Assembly (NCBI RefSeq): GCF_041956535.1
Contig: NW_027192192.1
Location: 1,277,111 to 1,341,110 of the forward strand
Direction: 5' to 3'
DNA: 64,000 bases
Origin: Calcarisporiella thermophila CBS 279.70
Lineage: Eukaryota; Fungi; Calcarisporiellomycota
The first letter of the stretch is position 1, and every line of letters starts with the position of its first letter. Of this stretch, positions 12,100 to 22,574 are shown piece by piece. The notes below the pieces were generated by a model. That model saw nothing but the letters and a program-made list of their open reading frames with translations. It was not told the DNA's origin and did not search any database. The translations under genes were made by a program, and so were the position numbers.

Positions 12100-13830
12100 A
12101 TGTCAAGGCTCACTGACAAAAACTTACCTCACTCTGATCATTCCAGCGGATCGTACTACATTCATGAGTGTTCATTCGTTGACCTCGATGAGCGCCGCCG
12201 GGCGGCGCTCGCTGAAATAGACAACTCCCGCTTCGGGTGGTATCACCTCCGAGCATGCATTATCCTGGGGATGGGCTTCTTCACCGACTCCTACAGCCTC
12301 TTCATTATCGATCTCGTGGGTGTCCTCTTGGCGTGGACGTACTTTTCCACCCACAATCTCCCCACCTCCCTGGACATCGTTGTAAAGATGTCGGCCCTGC
12401 TTGGCGTGGTCCTCGGGCAGATCATGTTTGGGTGGTTGGCAGACCACGCGGGGCGTAAAAAAGTATATGGCATCGAAATCCTGCTGATTATCATTGCTAC
12501 CCTTGGCCAAAGCCTGTCCGGAAGCTCCTTGACCCTACCCATCTGGGCGGCGATTGCTTTCTGGAGAGTGGTGCTTGGCATTGGGATCGGAGGCGACTAT
12601 CCCCTCTCGGCCATCATCACCTCCGAGTTTGCCACAGCTAGTCGAAGAGGAGCCATGGTCGCCGCTGTGTTCGTCATGCAAGGGTTCGGAATCCTTGCCG
12701 CCTCCATCGTCTCCATCACCCTACTCTTCATTTATCACGAGGGATTGAGCGCCACGCCCCCCGACCCGGCCTCGCTTGAGATGTGCTGGCGCCTCCTAAT
12801 AGGCCTGGGGGCCATCCCTGCTGTCGCCTCCATCTACTTTCGTTTCACCATCCCCGAGACTCCTCGGTTTACAATGGATGTCGAGGGGAGAGTTACAAAG
12901 GGGGCCAAAGACGCGACCGCCTTCTTGGCACGGGGGACCGCGGCGGGCGACTATGACGAGGCAGATCTCCACGAACAGACCCAGCTGCCCAAGGCGTCTT
13001 TGTCCGACTTTGTCGCCTACTTTAGGCAGTGGAAGAATGGGAAGATCTTTCTTGGTACGGCGGTCTCATGGCTTTTACTTGATGTCACGTTCTATGGCCT
13101 CAGCCTTAACAGCAGCCTACTGCTGGAGGCGGTCGGGTTCACCACGGGGGAGAATGTCACCAACACTCTGTACTACACCTCGCTTGGAAATATTATCATT
13201 TGTCTTCTGGGGGGCATTCCCGGATATTGGACGGCCGTGTTCACCATGGATAAATTGGGCCGCAGGACGATTCAGCTAATAGGGTTTGGCATGCTTGCCG
13301 TCATTTATATCATCATGGGTGCTCTGTTCACTTTTTTAAGGTAAGAGTCCGTTGTTTTTCTATTTATTTCTCTACCTTTTGTTTCGAAACTGATCCTTCT
13401 TTTTTTTTTCACGCTCGAATCTAGTTCCGTGAATGTGATCGTCTTTCTATTTCTCTTTATCCTTGTTCAGTTCTTCTATAACTTTGGACCCAACGCCACC
13501 ACCTTTATTATCCCCAGCGAAATCTTCCCCACTCGCTATCGTTGCTTGTGCTACGGCATCTCTGCCACATCGGGCAAACTAGCCGCGATTTTCGTGCAGG
13601 TTGGCATCAGTCACACGCATGTGCATTTCGGTTTCGCGTCCCTTATTGACAAACTGTTCATTGCGTTTGGATGTCTAATGTTCGTGGGCTTCCTAATCAC
13701 TCTGGCACTGATTCCGGAGACAAAAGGCAAGACGCTGGAGGAACTGTCGAATGAAGTGCAATATGATTTTGTAGTGCAGTCCCACCAGCGACGCGTGAAC
13801 GGTACGGCGGTGCACCATGGCACGGTGTAA
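12100..13830 (+). CDS. PHO84: phosphate:H+ symporter, divergent tandem paralogue (copy 2)
   Basis: Same motifs as copy 1 (ERRRAALAEID, GGDYPLSA, MQGFG, NFGPN, PETKG). One intron at 13341-13424. Confidence 0.92.
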
Positions 13831-14151
13831 AAAATCAGAGAGTTTTAGGTTATTACACATGAAAGTGGCTTATTCGTTCTCTCATAGCTCAGTGACTTTA
13901 AAATAATTACATGATGGACAGTATTTTTACCAGATTCGAGCCCTATTTACTCCCTTGTGTTGATTGAATTGTATGTAAGATTTTTTTTTATGTGTTATTT
14001 CTTCCTCTAGTCGGGCTTTCTTAGGATATAGGACATTGTAGGGCCATTCCCCTTTTTTACTTTAATTAATGAGCTAGTTAATCTGAGCCACAAATACTTT
14101 TCTGCCACGAAAAACTGAACCGCAAAACATAAAGATATTAAATAACCATCC

Positions 14152-15811
14152 ATGCAGGAGCGAATTGTAGATTATCAAGTTCGAGATGTAAGTTGAGGAA
14201 AATAAACCAACAAATCAACTCAGGATTTTATTACAATTTGTATTCCTCTTCTCCCCTCCCCATCCCCTTCTTACGCTCCTTTAGTTCACCCCTTCATACC
14301 TTGTTTTGTCCAAACTCTGTGATGAACATGGCATTTGGGAGCCTGTGAAGCAGATCTTGAGTACCCGACCAGAGCTCGTTGAGATTTACGAGTTTTTCAC
14401 GGCGACCTTCCCTCCTCCTCCTCCTATCCATGGTGCTGCCTCAGTGCTTAGTCCACGATGCCAGGCCCTTGTTGAGGATCGTTTGGAAGAAGGAGATGTC
14501 ACGTCTGCACTTGAGCTCCTCGAAACTCTCATCACTCCAAACAGTAGCATTCCCGCCCATTTTTTAGCGCAACTGGTGCGAGCCGGGCTTGAGGCTGAGG
14601 ATGAAGGCTCCGGGATCCTACTTTTTCGAGTATTGCAGCATATCATGGATTCGCAGGGTGCTATGAGTTTGCGAAAACTATGGATAGAGCCGGAGAAAAT
14701 AGACAAGGTCCTTTTACAAGACCACTCGAGCTTCTGGGAGTTTCTGAAAAGCATCTTTATCAAGTCATGCGGAGATGAAGAGCCGGTACGGTTCAGAATT
14801 TGCTAAAACCGATCCTTTTTCATCCTTCTATGATGTATGACGATTCTCCTTTTTGGCAGGCGGCCCGATATAGATTATTTATGGACCATATCGTGACCTT
14901 GCTGGAAACCGATCTACGCGCAAACCAAGGTAGGTCGAAGCATGAAGCGCTATCGGTGAAACAACTAGGCCAACTCGCTTTTCTCTCCCGTGCATCTTAC
15001 ACTAGAAACTCGCTCCAAGTCCCTCTTAGGACGCGTTTTTGCCCGCGGATTTTTTGGAGCTCGTGTCGATATCAAACCCGCATTAGACTGCATATTCAGC
15101 ATATTCGAGCGTGAAAAGCCCTACCCGGAATGCGCGCGCATCGCTCAACGCTTTACCCATTTACTGGTGATCTGGTTGCGACTGGAGAAGAATCCGTCGC
15201 AGACGCTATTGCACGAATCGACCACGCGGCTCAATGGCTTGTCACTGGAGCAATCCTATCTTTTTCTTCAGGTGCATTGACATTTCTGCATCTCTGCTGG
15301 CGACCCTGGCTTAACCCCCCTTATCTCCCCTCTCCCTCCCCATTGAATGTAGACGATTGTCTCCCACATTTTTCGATACCAGCTACTGGACATGGTGTTC
15401 CGACACCGCTGCCTCTATCCCGGAGTCTCGTCTTCACTTATCAATGACTCGGCACCCGTCACGCTCGAACGAATCATCCTTGCGCACTTCCATGCACACC
15501 CGCGCTCGCGAGATAAGGCACGCAAGGGCAAACGAGCCTCCAGAAAGTCCGGGGATCTGGACCGGGAGAAGGGAGACCGAGCCGAATGGTTCCTCGGGTA
15601 CCTCTCGATGCTCTTAAGATCTTATCTCGATGCACATACGAGGTACGGCATCACGGGGCTATGTGAGGAAGATTGGGACGTGTTGCGGGAGTATGGGTCG
15701 ATAGGAGTGGAAACACTGGCAGACGAGCTCGCGAGTGAGGATGGATTCACGGCGGAGATGGCGCTGACCCTGAGGTGGATGCAGGCGGCGATCGACGCTG
15801 TGCCTTGTTGA
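14152..15811 (+). CDS. hypothetical helical protein (5 exons); possibly Nse5/SIMC1-like
   Basis: Canonical introns (14188-14284, 14786-14859, 14930-15005 and one more) give a continuous frame. The family guess rests on remembered similarity only. Confidence 0.7.
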
Positions 15812-16411
15812 AAATGGCGATCACAACCTTGTATATAGCGCGCTTGCCTTCATCTCCTTTGTAAATAAATGCAACTCCCTATCTTGTCCATATTGGAATT
15901 GGAGGTGGCCATCGAATCCAACTACGGAAGAGCACTGGGCGACGGTTGGGTGCTTTGAAATAGGGAGCCCCCTCATTATAGGCAATGTTGGTTCTTGGGG
16001 AGGGGGAGGGGGAGGGGGAGGATGGGACTCTTCAACCTTGGCCAAACGAAACAAAGACAACCTCCCAAGCCCATCAGGTGAGGTTCGATCCGTTTGGGTC
16101 TTGGACGCTTATTCAAATCTCCAGGTGCAACTTTATTGGCGCAATTTAGATCATTGTTACACAAATCATTCGCGATTTTCCACTTCTGCAATTGGGTACG
16201 TCTCCTCCTTTTTCTCTCCACCTTGCCTTCAAGCCATCCCTATATCATCGGCATTGTATATCATTAGCATCTTGTTCTTGGCATATCTTTCCCTCTATAT
16301 TTATCTGATTGTGCCCTAGAGAAAGAAGATCGCCCTTGCTCTCCTCTAGTCTTACTACTCCCCTTAATTAGCTCGGGTTTTCCTAGGTGGGACTTTACGA
16401 TTTCAACTCCA

Positions 16412-17041
16412 ATGTTAAGCTCTCTTCGTCTCCACTTCCCCTCTTTTTCCTCCCTCCATCTTCTCTCTACACTCCTCATCCTCTGCTCTCTATGTGCCGC
16501 GCAGTCCGGGTCGTTTCCTCCTCTCCCAACCCCCACCGTGGTCATGAGCGATGATGAAGGCGATGCGGACATCGACGAACCTGTATGGAAACCCACTCCC
16601 GAAGCTCGGGCCCGCCTTATGATGTTTGGGATCGGATTTCTCATCCTGTTCGTCTCATTCTTTGGCTATGTCCTGTACGTGTACACAATAGAAGAGTACT
16701 GCTCTCTTCGTGCAGCCGAAAATGACATCGAGGAAGGAGAGAGCAGGGGACGGAGTCGGATCGCCTTGTGGTTGGATCGGTGGCGGCGAATCGGCATGAC
16801 AGAACGCTGGGTGGTCAGCTCAGGATTGGGGAGGCGAACGGACTCGGGGACACCAGCGCAGCAACCCAATTCAAGGGGGGCCGATCCCGCTCGAGGCGAG
16901 GAGGAAGGCCTAGCATTGCTGACGGTGCAGGAGGACGACGAGACCTCTTTAAATAAGGATGGGGGGGAAGAGCAGGGACCCCATGCGGTGCCAAGTGGTT
17001 CCCCACCCAGCTACGATGAAATCTTTGGAGAGAGGGCATAG
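16412..17041 (+). CDS. type I single-pass membrane protein with C-terminal PPxY motif
   Basis: Hydrophobic signal-like N-terminus, TM segment LMMFGIGFLILFVSFFGYVLYVY, terminal PPSYDEI. Confidence 0.75.
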   Translation: MLSSLRLHFPSFSSLHLLSTLLILCSLCAAQSGSFPPLPTPTVVMSDDEGDADIDEPVWKPTPEARARLMMFGIGFLILFVSFFGYVLYVYTIEEYCSLRAAENDIEEGESRGRSRIALWLDRWRRIGMTERWVVSSGLGRRTDSGTPAQQPNSRGADPARGEEEGLALLTVQEDDETSLNKDGGEEQGPHAVPSGSPPSYDEIFGERA

Positions 17042-17303
17042 CATTTGCATCCTATGATATTCACCATTTCTTTACATTTTGATTTTGTTTTCCTCCTTTT
17101 CACGCCTATCTGTATTTTACGTTTTTTTTCTTTGCTAATGTATTTCGAAGAAACCGTGATGAATATGACCCCTTTTGATTGCTCTGGGTGTGGTGCAATC
17201 TGCGCAAAGACACTTTTTCTTAATAATAAATATAATGAAAATCTCTATTCGATTTCGAACTCTGACAAGCTATTTACAGAAATTATAGAGGGTGCTGGGG
17301 GTG

Positions 17304-17893
17304 CTATTCCTTGAATGGGGAGGAGGATCCAAGATAAGTGTTAATCATAGAGGGCGGTGTGTTTATCAGCTTGGCCCGAATAGTGTTCTTGCCCATTTCC
17401 TTATGAGCAGCCCAGCGATGGCAGCCGCCGAAACTTTAGGAGGAGAAGAAAGTTAGCTGAGAAGAGCGGGCAGATAGACGAGACACTTACGCAAAATAGT
17501 AGTCATTCCCATTGTGCTTAACGTGATGGATATCCTGTGAGCAATTAAGGTGATTAGGTGTGCCGACTTGGAAAATCGAGGATCATAGCACTCACCACAG
17601 GCGTCAGCTTCTCCGCCTTTCCTGCTTCTATCACCTTTTTCATCTCCTTCACTTTCTCATCATCGAGAATCGACGGGATTGGGCGATTCACCACCGACAA
17701 TGGGATGTCGACCACCTTGATGATATAGATCCAATTGATTGAATGATGTCAAATGTCAAAGTAAAAAGCAAGTCATGCTCGCATTCACCTCGTCTACTTG
17801 GTTTCCATGGATTGAAAAGTTATCATGCTTGGGTTGTGAAGAGGACATTTTCCAACGAAGCTGCTGATGGAGTCGCAGGCTGGGACGAAGCAT
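17304..17893 (-). CDS. SRX1: sulfiredoxin (4 exons, absent from the ORF track)
   Basis: Exons 17893 (or 17848)-17789, 17715-17596, 17534-17491 and 17433-17304. They give ...NFSIHGNQVDEVVDIPLSVVNRPIPSILDDEKV...LTPVDIHHVKHNGNDYYFAFGGCHRWAAHKEMGKNTIRAKL, containing the Srx signature FGGCHR. Confidence 0.95.
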
Positions 17894-18349
17894 ACAGTAC
17901 TAAGGGGGGAGCCGAAGGGATAAATAAACTTCGAACCCCCTCTCCCTCTCTCCCCTAACCAATTTATATTGGCGGCAAAACGGAATCAAAAAAGTGTCTT
18001 AATAATCATATCCCGAACGGATAATTTCGAGGATAGCCAAGTAAATCGAGCGATTGTAAGTTATACTTATCAGGAGATATAGACCAGAAAACAAAATAAC
18101 ACCGAAGAGCCACTCAGAAGTTTATTTGTCAGAGAAATAATTAAAAAAAAAAAAAATATAGCGTAGCAATTGCAATCAAAAATAAGAATGTAGTGTATAG
18201 CTTTGAATATAATTCATTCAATAGAGGTTACAACAAGGAAGCCAACTCCATCCATAGTTAGATATGCGGCCGTCTTTTTAATCTGGAGAGATAACAAGAA
18301 AATATATATACACATATATACATGCACAGCTTTGTAATAGCGGGCTCTG

Positions 18350-18877
18350 TCAGCTTGAGGACGTGACTAGTGTGCCGTCTGAAGCGGGAGGGATGCCGGG
18401 CCAGCTCCTAGTGCCCCGACTCGCGGTCAGAGCCTCCTCAATGGCCTTTCCAAGTAGTGTTACATTGATAGGCTTGCCAACGCAACCATTCTAATCCAGG
18501 AGAGCATTAGGCAGTTCATCCATGTCATAAGAATGTCGGCGGGGACTTACCATTCCAACCCGATAGTACACCAATTGTTGTTCTGCATCGTCATTGGTGG
18601 TCACCGCAATGATTGGGATTTCCCGATTTTTGCCACACTGGCCGCTCCTGATGTGCTTGGTGGTTTGTACTCCATCGAGTACGGGCATGTCAATGTCGAG
18701 CAATATGAGATCAAACTCGACCTCCTGCAGTTGCTCGAGGGCGGAAACGCCCGATGTCAGCGGGACTATAGTGAGAAAGAGATGGGAGAAGTGTTTCTGA
18801 AGAATGCGATTGAGAAGACGTAGATTTGTGATGTTGTCGTCCACAAGAAGCACGCGCAAGTGGGGATGAGATTGCAT
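18350..18877 (-). CDS. stand-alone receiver-domain (CheY-like) response regulator, 155 aa
   Basis: VLLVDDN, phosphoacceptor LLDIDMPVLDG, IIAVTT, and GM|NGCVGKP across intron 18550-18491. No output domain. Confidence 0.88.
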
Positions 18878-19962
18878 TGGATGGACCGAATGGAGGGGAA
18901 TATCAGTGTGTAATGGATAGGGGAGAGAAAGGGTGGGAGAGGAGGCCTGAGAGAATCACGGGTCGCAATGCAAAGAGGCGTGGGGAGTGCCAAGACACTG
19001 AGGGAAACGAGGGGACAAGAGAGAAGAGAGAGCGAGAAAGGAAGGGGGCAATGAGGGGAGAAGACAATGGAAGAGATGGAAGGAGGAGAAAGAGCAAGCG
19101 AGGCAAAGAGAAAATCTCTCTCGGCTTATGCTCCGGGTTCTGTGCTGGAAAATTTCCCAACACCAAAGTCCAGAACCTGCTTAGTAACCTTCTGCATTGG
19201 CGGGCTGACAAGGGTTTTTTACCCGAATTCGACCACGGGCATGGGCCTTAATCGACCACAGGAAGTGGGCGCATTCGCCCTCAAGGTGAAATCGGCCCAG
19301 TCAGGGGCCGGGTGGCAACCACGCCCGCAAATAGGAGGGCGCGGATTTCGTTACATCTTAATTTAATATTAAGGTCGGCCGATTGACGAGAGTTTCGATT
19401 AGGCACCGGGCATTAACAAAAGAACAAAAATACAAAGATAAGCTTACACCGACGCCCCGGGTTCCTATCCAACGGCATTCCGAGGGCTCAGAACGATATT
19501 CTTCTGGCGGCGCCTTATTGTTAGCTAGATCACATGCTATGATTGCAACGGGAGCGGTCTCAAACCGCTCAATGCTCCTTTGGAGCTCTTCCGGCACAAG
19601 TTAGGCTCATTGAAGGAGGAATAGGGAGCCACTTGGCAGAAAGTTATTGCGCAGATCTTTTTGAAAGCAACGGGAAACCTCGTTGAGTCCGGATAAATTA
19701 GTGCGAGGGAAAAAAAAAAGAGTTAATTTTGAAACATCGAGAGGGAGATTTTCAAGCTCGCAGGAGGCAACGATACACGGGCTCCTTGATACGAATCTGA
19801 TGAGCCGAACACCGGCTCGATCCGCGATCCACATGACCGTTTGCTTCGGTCAATTCAGAATCGATTCCGAATCAGCCTTCCGGATTTTACATTTTTGGGA
19901 TCGATTTTAAGCGTTAAGAAGACACAATTGCATCGCTCACCCATCGTCCCATTTATCCAGAG

Positions 19963-21335
19963 ATGTCTTCCCAAGAAGACACAAAGACACGCGATGATGT
20001 ACTACAGTTTCTCGACTCTTTAGATCTAAACTCAGATCGACATCCTTCCGAGCTCGAATCGGCAAATACTCCCAATGCAGACACAAACGCGATCCTCAGC
20101 TTCTTGGATGAATTAGACGCGACCACAGAACGCAAACCAGCCCCAGATGCACCATCCGCCCCTTCTGCAACCGAAACGATACCCATCGATGTTGACCCGA
20201 AGCCCGCTGCGAATCCATCACAGCCAGCGGATACCAAGGCAAAGCAAATGGAGAAACAAAGGGAAAAATCGGATTCCAATACCTGGCTTTCATGGGGAAA
20301 CAACATCTGGAGCACCGCCAACACCGCCATAAAAACCACGCAATCTGTTGTTGAGTCATCCGTTAAGAAGAGTCTGTCCGATGGCGGGACTGCTCGTCTC
20401 CTGGAAGAACGAGTGCGATCCATCGTGAATAAGGAATCCATTGGCAAACTCGGTAGGGGGATGATGAGGAAGCACTTGAATCTCATCGACTTGACCATTT
20501 GTTATATTGCCATGTTTAGGGTCCAACTTACAGAAGTTTACAAGTGAGTTTCTGGAAACCATTGCGCCCCCGATCGTGGAGCACGAAGCGATTGAACTAT
20601 GGATCGGAACGGATATGCAATATGAGGGTGTGGAGGAGCTAGTGTATAGGGAGTTTTCGCGTGTGCTGGATCTCTCACTAGAGGACAGCAATATCATTAT
20701 ACGAAAGGGGAACGAAGAGGAGGACTCGCATCAAGGTGAGGGAACAACAGAGCTGCATGCGTGCTCGGGATTGGATGAGGCTCTTCGCCTGGCAGAGGTA
20801 AGGCATGCAGGGCTCTATTTGGCCATAGAAAAATGTTAACCAGAGTTTGGGCGTGCCGTCCTCTTTCAACCGCCTTTAGGCCAATATTGAGAAGCTGAAT
20901 AAAGCTTATACTGATCAGCTGCAAAATCCTCAACGTCCCCTCACCGGAGAGGACCTCCAGAGCCTGGACGAGGTAACAAGACTCCCGATTCGGCATAACC
21001 CTGTTTTCCTGGCGCTTCAGCCGTGTATATCCCCCCCCATCTTCGATGCCTCCATGCCATCGCAGGAGGCGGACGCCTGTCTCTTTTTCTTCGTCCTGGT
21101 CCATGACCCACAGTACAACATCCGGATCAAGAGCTATTCACAGACGATCCCAGCCGAATGGCTGAAATTGTCGTATGAGAGTAATGAGTGGGTGGAGGAA
21201 AGGATGGCGGACTGCGTAAAGCTAGCGTCTCAGATGGCTGCGCAGAGCTATGTGTATCGGCGGGCATTGCAAGGGACAATCCCATCGGCAATCAATGCAG
21301 AAATGGCAGCCGAAAAAGAAGAGAGCCATGAATAA
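19963..21335 (+). CDS. MTC1: maintenance of telomere capping protein 1 family
   Basis: N-terminal DVLQFLDSL, WLSWGNNIWSTA, ETIAPPIVEHE, VHDP...SYSQTIP and EWVEE motifs. Two introns. Confidence 0.8.
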
Positions 21336-21845
21336 ACTTCATATTGCTCCCATCGCAAGTGAGCAGAGACTGGATGGCCTTTTTTTTTTTGTCCAGAAAA
21401 ACCCTAAAAACTTGGAATCGAACAGTTCTTGGTGAAACCAAAAAACAAAAGAGAGTAGAGATGAATCAGCACTTCTTATATATGAGCAACATAAAAAACG
21501 CGCCCATATAATATAAAACAAATATAGTGTAGGAAATGGAACCTCTTCCGATCTACGGTTTGGGTGAGGAGAGAGTGCTGCTACAGAAGATTTTACAGCA
21601 AATGGACAATATGGTTTCCAAGTCAATTGAATGGAGAGTTAGTCGAGACCAGCATTGGTACCTGGCCGTGAAACTTAGGGCTAAATGCTCTGGTCGATCC
21701 TGCTATTGCATTTGGATATTGCTTCTTAGGCCTATACCTCTAATCTCACAACTGTGACTGCAAAGTGATAATTTGAAATTCAGACAACGCATTATAAAAG
21801 CGTAAACACTAAGTTATTTTTCTTTTACTGATTATATTTTCTTTT

Positions 21846-21880
21846 TTTTTCGTTTTCTTTTTTTTTTTTTTTTTTTTTTT
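21846..21880 (+). repeat. poly-T/pyrimidine tract at the putative 5' end of the snoRNA host gene
   Basis: Run of more than 20 T followed by a C/T-rich segment. Confidence 0.85.
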
Positions 21881-21961
21881 CCCTTACCTTCTCTCGTCTT
21901 CCTGCTTTCTGCATATCACATCCCCGTTCTTCACGGTAAGCTTGTCTTTCCAGTTTATTAT

Positions 21962-22043
21962 TATTTATGATGATACTTTGACTTATTGTTTAGGCCTTCG
22001 GGGCCAATGGAGAACAATAAACCTCTAAGAAGTCCTGATATTC
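21962..22043 (+). ncRNA. SNORD61: intronic box C/D snoRNA, U61/SNORD61-like
   Basis: Box C ATGATGA at 21967-21973 and box D CTGA at 22035-22038. The guide CCTCTAAGAAGT is complementary to conserved 18S ACUUCUUAGAGG and matches the remembered 3' end of U61. Confidence 0.85.
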
Positions 22044-22189
22044 ATTGGCTTCTTCTTTTATTCAAAATATCAATGCTGTTATCAAGTGGCTTACCGTTTT
22101 AACTTTTCCATCGTAGATTATCTCCTCAAAGCTGAAGTGCAGTGATAGCAGGTAATATATCTTTTTAATTCGTTGATTATGTCATTCTT

Positions 22190-22272
22190 GGAAATGATTA
22201 GTACTTTATGTCCAATTCAATCTGTCAATCCACGCTTTTTATTTATAAGCGAGAAAAATACGTTATGATCAC
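22190..22272 (+). ncRNA. intronic box C/D-like snoRNA with 18S guide (snoR14/SNORD110-like), degenerate boxes
   Basis: 15-nt guide TCAATCTGTCAATCC (22217-22231) is complementary to 18S GGAUUGACAGAUUGA. C-like ATGATTA at 22194-22200, D-like ATGA at 22265-22268; D' is non-canonical. Confidence 0.65.
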
Positions 22273-22574
22273 CTTTTTTTTTATGTTTATTTCCGTCCCC
22301 TTGTCAAGTCGCATGCTAATCCTTCATTATATTGCTTAGGTTCCTCTATCACTCCATACCTTTATATTCAATCAATAAAGCATATCTTATTTAAAGCAAC
22401 TTTTCTTCAATTCAAACTTATGTGTGGGACAGCCTGTTATTTAAAATATATATGATTCAAACTAAATTAGTGAATCTAGGATTCAACTATTTTATCATTT
22501 CAATTCAACATCAAATGTGACATGTCATTAAGAGGAATATTTTTTTATTGGATTTAATAAAATAGGTCTTCAGT

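Larger units (their letters stand above)
21880..22400 (+). ncRNA. spliced non-coding snoRNA host transcript (3 short exons, 2 introns)
   Basis: Donor g|gtaagc at 21936, acceptor at 22116, 35-nt exon 22117-22151, donor ag|gtaata at 22152, branch gctaat at 22315, acceptor at 22339, aataaa at about 22374. The exons have no ATG. Transcript ends are approximate. Confidence 0.75.
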
